From Candidatus Aldehydirespiratoraceae bacterium (GTDB lineage Bacteria > Actinomycetota > Acidimicrobiia > Acidimicrobiales > Aldehydirespiratoraceae), in contig JBLIOE010000019.1 in the NCBI GenBank assembly GCA_047639555.1, positions 714 to 64,713 of the forward strand: a stretch of DNA of 64,000 nucleotides, read 5' to 3'. The notes under the pieces are model-generated. The model did no database searches, was not told where the DNA came from, and worked only from the letters and a program-made list of their open reading frames with translations. The position numbers were made by a program, and so were the translations under genes. This document shows positions 9,244 through 18,327 of this stretch, piece by piece (positions within the stretch are counted from its first letter, which is position 1; every line of letters starts with the position of its first letter).

Positions 9244-9807
9244 GTGCACCAAGGCTTAACGGCTGTGCAGACCGCGCAAGTCGTCGGTGGATTGCATTGG
9301 GTATCGGCCCGCCTCTTCGAAGTTCTCGGAATGTGGGCGTCCGAAGCAGACCGTCCCGACATTGCCGTCTCGTTGGCGACTTCTTCTCGTCATCTCGGCT
9401 GGCATGCGGCTGATCTCGCCGAGCTCATGCCTGATTCTGTATTGCTTGAAGACGACGCGGTCTCGGCGCCCCACGATCCAGGCGTCGTCGCGGCAGTCGA
9501 CGCGATTCGCGCGATTCCCGGTTCGATCGAGCGTCTTGCCGTGGCCCATCGAGTGCTGCTGCCTCGTATCGCGGCGCGTTGTGTCGCCGTTGACCGAGCG
9601 AGCGGGCCCCACAGTGACGCCGCACTTTCGCGGGTCATTTCCTTCCTTCTTGCCGATCTTCGCGGAGACCGTGACGACGGCGAAACGCTCCTCGGCCGAC
9701 TATTGAGCGACATCGATGTTGTCGAGCGGGCCAATGGGCGCGTTCTGGAAGCGGAATCTCGACTGGTCACGGTTGGAGGCCTTCTCCCCACTCGTATCGA
9801 AGATTGA
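9244..9807 (+). CDS. Hypothetical helical protein (187 aa)
   Basis: GTG start preceded by GGGGAGGA. Coding-like composition, but I recognise no family. Confidence 0.5.
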   Translation: MHQGLTAVQTAQVVGGLHWVSARLFEVLGMWASEADRPDIAVSLATSSRHLGWHAADLAELMPDSVLLEDDAVSAPHDPGVVAAVDAIRAIPGSIERLAVAHRVLLPRIAARCVAVDRASGPHSDAALSRVISFLLADLRGDRDDGETLLGRLLSDIDVVERANGRVLEAESRLVTVGGLLPTRIED

Positions 9808-10012
9808 GCGCGGCGGTAGGTCCTTCGACTCAACTCTTGGAATGTCAGCCTCCAGTTCCTTATGATTGGTGTGGAATACGCCGATCATCGGGAGGCACAG
9901 CGTGCTTCGAGCGATAGACAGCTCGATACAATACGCGAACCTGTCGGTGGTGGAATCGCCATCGCTCGGTATCGTGCAAACAGCTAGCCGGTATCGACGA
10001 GAGGGCAACTCT

Positions 10013-10951
<939 letters not shown>

Positions 10952-10988
10952 AAATCTGAGAGGCGCTGACGCGTCTTGTATTTGTTGG

Positions 10989-11020
10989 AAAAGCGTCCCT
11001 GCGGGGACGCTTTTCTGCGT
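10989..11020 (+). terminator. Rho-independent terminator after the sigma factor gene
   Basis: AAAAGCGTCCC-TGCG-GGGACGCTTTT perfect hairpin followed by a T-rich tract. Confidence 0.65.
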
Positions 11021-11059
11021 TTGGGGATGGATGCCGCTGACTGCTGTCAGACTCCGGGC

Positions 11060-11950
11060 ATGAACACGCTGCGAGTTGTGACGTTGAATGTTGGTTCGTT
11101 GTTTGAACCGCACTGGGAGCGTCGGGCCCCTCGGATTGCCCGTGCGCTGGCTGCGCTCGAACCCGATGTGGTGTGTCTGCAGGAGATCGCCGACTCGTCG
11201 GGGCGGCCGAACGCGGCGCAGGAGATCGTCGATGCGATCGGTGATCATGGAGGTGATCTGACCAATCTCGTTTACGGCGGCCTGCCGATGGTCGAGGGTC
11301 TCTATCCGGACGAACCCGACCTCCAGTTTGGGTCCGCCGTGCTTTCGCGGTTCCCGGTAGAGCTGGTGGCGACCCACGCCTTGCCCGTCGACGGTGAGGG
11401 CACTCGCGCTTCCACGATGGGCTGGGAGTTGGTGCATGCCCGCACCGCCGGTCTCGACATTTTCTCGACACATCTGTGCGCGGCGCCGACCGATGCCAAC
11501 CATCGCCGGGTGCAGGTGCAGGAGATCAATCGACTGATCCAGGAGACTCGCACGGAGGTGGACACCGACGTGTGGTCTCCGGATCGCCCGGAGATGCCCC
11601 CGATCCTCTGCGGCGATTTCAACGCCGAGCCCGACAGCGACGAGATCCGCTTCCTATGCGGGTTGACCCCACTGGGCGGCGTCGACACCTTCTACCAGGA
11701 TTCGTGGAGAGTGGCCGCCGATGGTTCGGTCGGTCACACGAACGACTGGGCAAACCCCTTCGGCGGGAACCTCAATGTCCATCGAAAGCGGATCGACTAC
11801 GTGTTCGTCGGTGATCCGTTTCTACGGCGAGGAAGCGGTGGCCGAGTAATCGAAGCCCATGTGGTCCTCGACGAGGAGGTCGACGGGGTGCCGCTCAGCG
11901 ACCATCTCGGAGTGATGGCGCTGATCGCGTGGCCTAACTCGCCGGGATGA
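11060..11950 (+). CDS. Endonuclease/exonuclease/phosphatase (EEP) family protein
   Basis: LRVVTLNVGSL...PDVVCLQE...GDFNAEPDSDE...IDYVFV...SDHLGV is the EEP catalytic motif series. Start MNTLRV at 11060. Confidence 0.75.
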   Translation: MNTLRVVTLNVGSLFEPHWERRAPRIARALAALEPDVVCLQEIADSSGRPNAAQEIVDAIGDHGGDLTNLVYGGLPMVEGLYPDEPDLQFGSAVLSRFPVELVATHALPVDGEGTRASTMGWELVHARTAGLDIFSTHLCAAPTDANHRRVQVQEINRLIQETRTEVDTDVWSPDRPEMPPILCGDFNAEPDSDEIRFLCGLTPLGGVDTFYQDSWRVAADGSVGHTNDWANPFGGNLNVHRKRIDYVFVGDPFLRRGSGGRVIEAHVVLDEEVDGVPLSDHLGVMALIAWPNSPG

Positions 11951-13493
11951 GGCAGCTAACTGGTGGGGTGCCGTCGACGCCGAGAAGTTCGAGTTCGATG
12001 GGGCCCGCCTGAATCCGCACACGGTCGCCGGGGTTCAATCGCCGAGCGGACGATCGATTGTCGCCCTCGACCACGAAGAGGCGCGCGGCTCGCTCAATGA
12101 CGATCGTTGTCCCACGCTCGACTTCTTGGCGCCATATTCCGGCCTCGCTCTTGTCCTCACAGGTGCCGTCGCTGGTGTCGCTCGTCGTAAGCGCGAGTGA
12201 CGCATCGGCGTTCAGCACTGTGAGCGGCGCCGCGTCGATTGGCAGGTCGGGAAGGGCGCCCGCAGCGAGCTCCCGACGCAGCCATGCCACTCGCACCTCT
12301 TGGAAGAGCAAGGGTTCGAGGTCACCGGGTGCCTGGTCGAGGTAGGGCGAATGGGCCACGGCCAAGACCAGATCACGATTGCCAGTGGTGAACGGACCGC
12401 GATTGCGGAGCTGATCGGCGTTGTCGGGCATGGCGAGCGCAACGACAACAAGCGGCACGAGCACGAACGGCTTACGAAGCGTCCATAGCTTTTGCGCGCC
12501 GATAGCGATGATGGGCAAGAGGAGCGCCGCGCAGACGTGCATGTAACGACCGATTCCCGCGGTGCCGGCGATATCCACGCCGAAACCGCTGCGATTGAAA
12601 CCGGTGAGCGAGGCGAAGGCGATCGCCGCGGTGAGAAGTCCGACTGGAATGGCAAGCGGTCGAATGTTGCCCGACTCACGCCACTTCGCGAATGCGGTCC
12701 ACATGCCGAGTGCCGCGATGAGCATGAGGATGACTCCGCCAATCGTGCTTTGGCCGATTCCTTCGAACGCTTGGCGAATCATGTGGAAGGCGAACTGTGC
12801 AATCCGCCAGGGCTGCGGGTCGGAGTCTTCGGCGCCGCCGTAGGCCATCCACCACAGGCCGAATACGACGGCAGGTGGCACGGTGTGAGCGGCCGCGACT
12901 CGCCAGCCGCGATTGAGCAGAACAAAGGCACCAACGCCGACGCTCAGCGCCGGCATGACGGCACTTGTCATCAGCCCAAGGACGGCGATCGACACCCCCA
13001 GGGTGTCGCGCCGAGACCAGGCACCCTTGTGGTCGGCAAGGACGAATTGGGCAAGACCAGCAATGACCGAGCCGTTGAGCGTGATCTGGAACGCGAACAA
13101 GATGTTGCCCCAGCCAGCTCCAAGGAAGACGAAGGCGACAAGGAGACCGGTTGCGATCCATGCACGGACGCCCGCCCGCCGCATGAGCATGTGCATGAGC
13201 CCGGCGATGGTCAGGTGCGAGAGGATCACGAGGATCTGATACGGCACGTATGAATGCAGCCCGAACAGCTCATAGTTCACGCGATAGAGGACCAGCGGGA
13301 TCGTGACCCAGTGTCCGTTGTGATTCCCGAAGAGCCCGGCGCCGGACGGCAACTTCCGATTGGCGATGAAGGACCATTCGTCACTGCCGAACCATTGGCC
13401 GTCACCCCACACCAACAAGATTGGAAACGCGAGAATCAGGAGCGCCAGCGCGGCGTAGACGCCGTTGGTGTCAGCACCGAACCGTGCCTTCAT
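11934..13493 (-). CDS. Polytopic membrane protein, GT-C-like glycosyltransferase candidate with C-terminal extracytoplasmic domain
   Basis: About 10-12 TM helices. Acidic motif FGSDEW in the first predicted loop, typical of GT-C enzymes. The last ~130 aa are soluble. ATGA overlap with the upstream GT2 gene. Function is inferred from topology and context only. Confidence 0.55.
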   Translation of the reverse strand: MKARFGADTNGVYAALALLILAFPILLVWGDGQWFGSDEWSFIANRKLPSGAGLFGNHNGHWVTIPLVLYRVNYELFGLHSYVPYQILVILSHLTIAGLMHMLMRRAGVRAWIATGLLVAFVFLGAGWGNILFAFQITLNGSVIAGLAQFVLADHKGAWSRRDTLGVSIAVLGLMTSAVMPALSVGVGAFVLLNRGWRVAAAHTVPPAVVFGLWWMAYGGAEDSDPQPWRIAQFAFHMIRQAFEGIGQSTIGGVILMLIAALGMWTAFAKWRESGNIRPLAIPVGLLTAAIAFASLTGFNRSGFGVDIAGTAGIGRYMHVCAALLLPIIAIGAQKLWTLRKPFVLVPLVVVALAMPDNADQLRNRGPFTTGNRDLVLAVAHSPYLDQAPGDLEPLLFQEVRVAWLRRELAAGALPDLPIDAAPLTVLNADASLALTTSDTSDGTCEDKSEAGIWRQEVERGTTIVIERAARLFVVEGDNRSSARRLNPGDRVRIQAGPIELELLGVDGTPPVSCLIPAS

Positions 13494-14269
13494 GAGTTGC
13501 CCGTTTCGTCGTGGTAGGAGCGCTCGCCAGACTCGGGGAGCTGGTAGTTCTCGCTGAAGATTCGTCGACGGGTGCGCAACATGTCGGCGATCGTCTTGCG
13601 GATGTTGGCGACCGATGTGGAGCCGCCGCGCCCAATTTCGCGCGGGAAGGTTTGGATGCCCACCTCGCCGACCGGGTACCCCATCAGCATTGTTTTGATC
13701 GTGATCTCGGCGCCGATGAACGGGCTTGTTGCGGTGAGATTGAGCTTGTCGACGACATCCTTTTTGACCAAACGAAGCCCAGTACTGATGTCTCGATAGT
13801 CGGTATGGAACAGGCGGCGGAGCACGCGATTGTAGACCCGCGAAATGAACACCCGCATTCCGGAGTAGCGGCGTACGTAACGAAATGTGATGACGAGACC
13901 GTAGTGGTTTCGGAGCCGCCAGAGCTTCTTGAGATCGTGGAGGTCGTACTCATCGTCGCCGTCGGTGAAGCAGATCCATGTGTTGTTGCTCGCCGCGAGG
14001 CCCGTGCGGACGGCCGCGCCGTAGCCAAGGTTGGTCTCATGGTGAATGGCCGTCACCCGCTCGTTGTTGGCTGCGAGTTCGTCGGCAAGCTCACCCGATC
14101 GGTCCGGACTACCGTCGTTGACAATCAGGATTTCGTAGTCGTCGGTGAGGAACTCGCAGACCTGGATGGCCTTGTGCGTCACCCGTTCGATGGTGTGTTC
14201 GTCGTTGTAGACGGGGAAGAAAACCGTCAACGAGTCGGGCCGGTCGTCGGAGCGGCGGTGCATGTTCAT
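13490..14269 (-). CDS. GT2-family polyprenyl-phosphate glycosyltransferase (DPM1/Ppm1/GtrB-like, soluble)
   Basis: VFFPVYNDEHTIERV...ILIVNDGSPDRSGELA...NLGYGAAVRTG...FTDGDDEYD (DxD). No TM segment. ATGA overlaps at both ends. Confidence 0.85.
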   Translation of the reverse strand: MNMHRRSDDRPDSLTVFFPVYNDEHTIERVTHKAIQVCEFLTDDYEILIVNDGSPDRSGELADELAANNERVTAIHHETNLGYGAAVRTGLAASNNTWICFTDGDDEYDLHDLKKLWRLRNHYGLVITFRYVRRYSGMRVFISRVYNRVLRRLFHTDYRDISTGLRLVKKDVVDKLNLTATSPFIGAEITIKTMLMGYPVGEVGIQTFPREIGRGGSTSVANIRKTIADMLRTRRRIFSENYQLPESGERSYHDETGNS

Positions 14270-14997
14270 CAGAAGTCCAACCGGTTGTAGATTTGCGACG
14301 GAAGAATTTGCAGGCCCCGAACAATGGGGCTCCAGTAGCGGGGTTCAAAGACGGTGCGAGACCGCCCGCCGAGACCAGAGATCACCCGGGCGGCCACCTT
14401 CTTCGGGTCGGCTGGCTTCAGCTTCAGATCGCCCTGAGCGAGCCGTGTGTCGACATACCCCAAGCGGTAGAGGTGCACGGCGGCGCCGCTTCGGCCCAGT
14501 CGGTGCTGCATGGATCCGGCGAACGACTCGAGGCCCGCCTTCGCGGCTGCGTAGGCCACGTTGTTACGCCGCGGCGCGCCCGCCGCGATGGACGAAAACA
14601 GCACCAGGGTGCCGGCATCGGCCGTCTCGAACTCGATTGCGTAGTGACCGGCGAGCTTCATCACGCCCGTCATGTTGTTCGTCACGAGCGTGCTTGTGGT
14701 GGCCCAGTCGGTTGTGCCCTCGTCGATGGCCGAAACGCTGCCGGCCGTAATGATGACCGCGCTTGGGTTGGTCGCGGCTTGAGCGATGAAGTGAGTCAAC
14801 GAGTTGTCGTCGCTCACATCGACGGCGATTGGCGTGACCGAGCCCGCTCCTGCTTCTACAAGCGGTGCGACGAGAGCATCGAGGTCGTCCTGGTTCCGTG
14901 AACCAATCACCAGGTCCCAACCGGCGGCGGCAAGACCTTCGGCAATCGCCAGCCCAACCCCCGCGCTCGCTCCAACAACGATTGCCTTCTTAGACAT
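14269..14997 (-). CDS. Short-chain dehydrogenase/reductase, DprE2-like by context
   Basis: KKAIVVGASAGVGLAIA (TGxxxGxG-type) and YAAAKAGLESF (YxxxK). Three in-frame ATGs at 15027/15012/14997 come from a 15-bp tandem repeat; 14997 was chosen because AGGAG lies 4 nt upstream. Confidence 0.75.
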   Translation of the reverse strand: MSKKAIVVGASAGVGLAIAEGLAAAGWDLVIGSRNQDDLDALVAPLVEAGAGSVTPIAVDVSDDNSLTHFIAQAATNPSAVIITAGSVSAIDEGTTDWATTSTLVTNNMTGVMKLAGHYAIEFETADAGTLVLFSSIAAGAPRRNNVAYAAAKAGLESFAGSMQHRLGRSGAAVHLYRLGYVDTRLAQGDLKLKPADPKKVAARVISGLGGRSRTVFEPRYWSPIVRGLQILPSQIYNRLDF

Positions 14998-15031
14998 TGC
15001 ACTCCTAGACATCGCTCTCCTAGACATCGAT
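14987..15031. repeat. 15-bp tandem repeat x3 encoding (MS[RK][RSK]A)3 at the SDR start, overlapping the upstream gene stop
   Basis: The minus strand reads ATGTCTAGGAGagcg ATGTCTAGGAGtgca ATGTCTAAGAAggca. Each unit carries an ATG, and the first two units carry an AGGAG that serves as SD for the next ATG. Confidence 0.9.
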
Positions 15032-16333
15032 CCGCCTTCGTAGTGCGCTGTCAATTCGGCGATGCGGGTCGTGAGCGGCGAGCTCCGCCTTGAAACCTTC
15101 GTAGCCGGGGAATACCCGTGCCGAAGTGGCTGCGGTGATTCGGCTGTCCTTCGCGAGGTTCACGGCGCCGCCCATCGTTGCCGCGAGCTGATCGAGCCCG
15201 GCGAACAGGGCCAACGTGCGGGCGTTGGCGGGACCATCGAGAGTGAGACACACGCCATCGCCGATGAACCACATGTGCTTGCGGTCGCCACGAAACAGCT
15301 TCAGCGATGTGAGCGGAATGGTCGCCTTGGTCGACGCGATCAGAGAGCGGACTTCCTCGACAGCCTCGGACCAGCGATCCCGCGGAATGATCATCTGATA
15401 TTCGCGGAAACCCGGCCGACCGAAAGCGTGGAAGTAGCCCTCCTTGCCGTTGATCGGAAAGGCCGCATCGAGCACACCCATGGTGCGCGTCGGACGGCGA
15501 CTCTCGAGCGCGAAATAGGCGCCGTTGACAAGCGAAGTGGTGAGACGAGTCCAGCCAGAGAAGGGAAGTAGACGACCCCGACGTTCGGGTCGCAACACTC
15601 GATACCGCTGACCTGACGATGCGGGCGCGTCAACGAATCGCTCCTCGTAAACGACCCCGCGCCCGAAGTGTTTGCCGCGGCGATTGCCGTCGTTCCATGA
15701 GTAGACGTGGGATTCGTCGCCCGAACGGTCTTCCATGATCTCGACCGCGTCGACGAGATCTCGCGCCCGATGCGCGGTGCGCGAGATCGCACCGCCTCGA
15801 AGTGGTTGTACACGAAGGGTGACATCGACGATCCAACCGGTGAGGCCCATGCCTCCAACGGTGAGCAAGAACAGCTCGGCATTGTCAGACGGGCTACACA
15901 CGATCTCACCGTGGTCGCGATGTATCAGCGTGAACGACTCGACGTAGTCGACCATCTGTCCGATGTCGTGCTGAGTCTTCCCGTGGGTGTTGAACGCCAC
16001 ACATCCGCCGACTGTGATCTCGGGATGGCCGGGTAGCACGGGAAACCAACGATCGAGCGACACGAGATGACGCACGAGCGCGCCGACCGTGAGACCGGTT
16101 TCGACTCGGATGGTGTTGGCTTCGGCGTCAAAGTCGAGGATGCGGTCGAGTCCGCGCATGCTTACGGACGGCGACTTGGGACTGCCGCTCGCAAGGCAGT
16201 AGGAGAGCCCGCTGCCGCGAATGGCGAGCTGGTCGTGCGCGTCAACAAGGGCGCGGAGCTGTTTGCGATTCGTAGGTCGATGGACCTCGGACTCGCTGCG
16301 CTCCGTGCCATCGAAGCTGATCAGCGTGCTCAT
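15020..16333 (-). CDS. FAD-linked oxidase, DprE1-like (decaprenylphosphoryl-sugar 2'-oxidase family)
   Basis: By-eye alignment to my recollection of Mtb DprE1: FPVLPGHPEITVGGCVAFNTHGKTQH, ELFLLTVGGMGLTGWIVDVTLRV, GFREYQMIIP, GGAVNLAKDSRITAATSARVFP. Similar length (437 aa). Confidence 0.75.
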   Translation of the reverse strand: MSTLISFDGTERSESEVHRPTNRKQLRALVDAHDQLAIRGSGLSYCLASGSPKSPSVSMRGLDRILDFDAEANTIRVETGLTVGALVRHLVSLDRWFPVLPGHPEITVGGCVAFNTHGKTQHDIGQMVDYVESFTLIHRDHGEIVCSPSDNAELFLLTVGGMGLTGWIVDVTLRVQPLRGGAISRTAHRARDLVDAVEIMEDRSGDESHVYSWNDGNRRGKHFGRGVVYEERFVDAPASSGQRYRVLRPERRGRLLPFSGWTRLTTSLVNGAYFALESRRPTRTMGVLDAAFPINGKEGYFHAFGRPGFREYQMIIPRDRWSEAVEEVRSLIASTKATIPLTSLKLFRGDRKHMWFIGDGVCLTLDGPANARTLALFAGLDQLAATMGGAVNLAKDSRITAATSARVFPGYEGFKAELAAHDPHRRIDSALRRRIDV

Positions 16334-16348
16334 CGAAGTCGATGCGAA

Positions 16349-17023
16349 TTAGGCATCAGCAGGCTTCTGGACGACAACGAGAAACTGCTTTCCGAGCACT
16401 CGCCACGCCGGTCGGAACTTCAAATACAGGCGAACGAAGAGGCTCGGGGGCGGAGGTTTATCCGCCATCGTGAACGGCAAGAACCGCCCGTAGATGGTCT
16501 CGGGGGTGAAGCCGACGAGCTCGGTAACTTCGGCGAGGCTTGCCTCAGTGAGCGGCACGTAGTGATCGAAGAAGTCCCAATACGCACCGCCGACAAACTT
16601 GATGTTCGGACCCATGAGTACGAGGCGGCCACCCGGACGGAGGCAGCGATAAGCCTCGTCGAGCGTGCGCCGCACGGCGTCGCGGTCGGGGAGATGCTCG
16701 AGGAAATTGCTGCTGAACACCAGGTCGAGGGATGTGTCAGCGAGCGGCCAGGTGGCATCGGCCGCTTGTTCGAACAATGTGACCCCGGCGTCGAGATGGT
16801 TGATCGCATCCGGGTTGAGGTCGATTCCGTATCGATTGGCGACGTCGATCTGGTTAATGAACGGCCCCCAGCCGCAGCCGAGATCGAGAACGTCGTTGGC
16901 ATCGGTGAGATAGCGACCGAACCAGGCGTCGATGAGGACGCGCCAGACTCTCTGGCGCGTCGCGTCCTCCGCCTCGAAGCGGCGGCGGTATTGGTCGTCG
17001 AGTTGGTCGCCTGGACTGGACAC
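16349..17023 (-). CDS. Class I SAM-dependent methyltransferase (first gene of the glycan operon)
   Basis: VLDLGCGWGPF (motif I) and LRPGGRLVLMGPN. GTG start at 17023. Confidence 0.8.
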   Translation of the reverse strand: MSSPGDQLDDQYRRRFEAEDATRQRVWRVLIDAWFGRYLTDANDVLDLGCGWGPFINQIDVANRYGIDLNPDAINHLDAGVTLFEQAADATWPLADTSLDLVFSSNFLEHLPDRDAVRRTLDEAYRCLRPGGRLVLMGPNIKFVGGAYWDFFDHYVPLTEASLAEVTELVGFTPETIYGRFLPFTMADKPPPPSLFVRLYLKFRPAWRVLGKQFLVVVQKPADA

Positions 17024-17095
17024 GAGAAACGACGTTACCGCCCATGGTGCTGAGCGGACAGGGGCGGACGACCCATGGCCACGTTGGGCAACCTA

Positions 17096-17191
17096 TGGCG
17101 GAGGTGGACGGGAATCGAACCCGCCGGACAGGGATCACCCATCCCACCCGCTTTGAAGGCGGGGGAGCCCACCAGGCGCTCGGACACCTCC
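17096..17191 (-). tRNA. selC: tRNA with UCA anticodon and long variable arm: tRNA-Sec (selC) candidate
   Basis: The reverse complement is GGAGGTGTCCGAGCGCCTGGTGGGCTCCCCCGCCTTCAAAGCGGGTGGGATGGGTGATCCCTGTCCGGCGGGTTCGATTCCCGTCCACCTCCGCCA (96 nt, encoded CCA). Anticodon stem CCCGC/GCGGG with loop CTTCAAA, identical to the E. coli selC loop. G73 discriminator. 13 stacked positions in the acceptor plus T arm (7 bp + U-C + 5 bp, or 7+6). 5-bp variable stem. The D-arm looks Ser-like (4 bp). Confidence 0.7.
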
Positions 17192-17346
17192 ACTGGTGAC
17201 GTTATCGGGGCGCGGAGACATCCCGGGTTGGTCTGGCTACGGTCAAGACATGTCGAAGAACCGTCTTGTCCTCATCGCTGTTCTGGTTGTCTTGTTGGGC
17301 GTGCTCGCCCGCAAGGTCAAGGACGTCTGACCAACACCAGCGAGCG

Positions 17347-18174
17347 TTAGAACGGCCAGCGCCGTTTCGGTGCCTGCGACCGAAGGCGCCACCAGAACGC
17401 CAAACCCGCCGCGAGGCCGAGCCCCAAAGCTCCGGCCCCGACTGTCGCTGGCTTCGGCGCGGCGATCGAACCTTCTCGCAAAGGGCGTGGGTTTTCGAAG
17501 GTTCGGATTTCCCAGCCTCGTGCCTCGGCTTCCTTGAGCAGTGCCCGGTCCGGGTTGACGGCCACTGGGTGACCAACCGCTTCGAGCATCGGGAGATCGG
17601 TGACGGAGTCGGAATAGGCGAACGATCGGTCCAGCGCCAGGCCATATGTGTCGCGCTCGCGTTCGATGGCTTCCACCTTGTGAATGCCGGCCGAATAGAA
17701 CTCGACTTCGCCGGTGTAACGACCGTCGGCATCGATACGCGCCCGGGTGGCGATGGCATCGTCGACCCCGAGGTGACGGGCAAGCGGCATCACGATCTCT
17801 TCGGGCGAAGCCGAGACGAGGTACACCCGTCGGCCAGCGTCTCGATGCGACTGCATGAGCTCGAGGGCCTCGGCGTAGACCAGCGGATCGATCACATCGC
17901 TGAGGGCGTTGTCGACGAGGGCAGAGATCTTGTCCTTCTCCCAGCCAACCGCGATCTTCAATGCGGTCTCTCGCATCTTCTCCATGCGGCCTTCGTCGGC
18001 GCCGAGGTAGCGAAAGACGATCTGTCCCCAGAGCGCGCGGGCCACCATCCATCGGTTGAGTAGGCCCGCCTGTTGGAGGCGGGGCCCAAACGCGAGCATG
18101 GCGGCTTTCGCGATGACCGTTTTGTCGAGGTCGAAGAAGGCGGCCTCGACGGATTCGGGGGTGGGCGGCGCCAT
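17347..18174 (-). CDS. HAD-IB family hydrolase (SerB-like phosphatase) with C-terminal membrane anchor
   Basis: AAFFDLDKTVI (DxDxT), YLVSASPEEI, FAYSDSVTDLPMLEAVGHPVAVNPD. C-terminal TM VGAGALGLGLAAGLAFWW. Occupies the same position as the HAD gene next to the mycobacterial tad/ssd locus. Confidence 0.85.
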   Translation of the reverse strand: MAPPTPESVEAAFFDLDKTVIAKAAMLAFGPRLQQAGLLNRWMVARALWGQIVFRYLGADEGRMEKMRETALKIAVGWEKDKISALVDNALSDVIDPLVYAEALELMQSHRDAGRRVYLVSASPEEIVMPLARHLGVDDAIATRARIDADGRYTGEVEFYSAGIHKVEAIERERDTYGLALDRSFAYSDSVTDLPMLEAVGHPVAVNPDRALLKEAEARGWEIRTFENPRPLREGSIAAPKPATVGAGALGLGLAAGLAFWWRLRSQAPKRRWPF

Positions 18175-18327
18175 CAGGTGAGCTTAGGGAGGAGACGGAG
18201 CGCGAACGTGGCGGCTACAGAAGCTTGGGCCCGACGGCAGGCGCCCCGGGCGAGTCTCTCCGACGATTCCGATATGGCGACACCGCAGGCGCGGAGGTTG
18301 GGACTGTCACCGGGCCCGCCTATGGTC

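Noticed and set aside
11934-17191. Glycan operon as a tRNA-targeted genomic island
   Set aside because: There is no integrase, no direct repeat of the tRNA 3' end at the far boundary (about 11.9 kb), and no visible compositional break. I treat it as chromosomal.
17250-17330. 26-aa ORF MSKNRLVLIAVLVVLLGVLARKVKDV between tRNA-Sec and the HAD gene
   Set aside because: It looks like a plausible mini membrane peptide, but it has no SD, no recognisable promoter, and no way to test conservation here.
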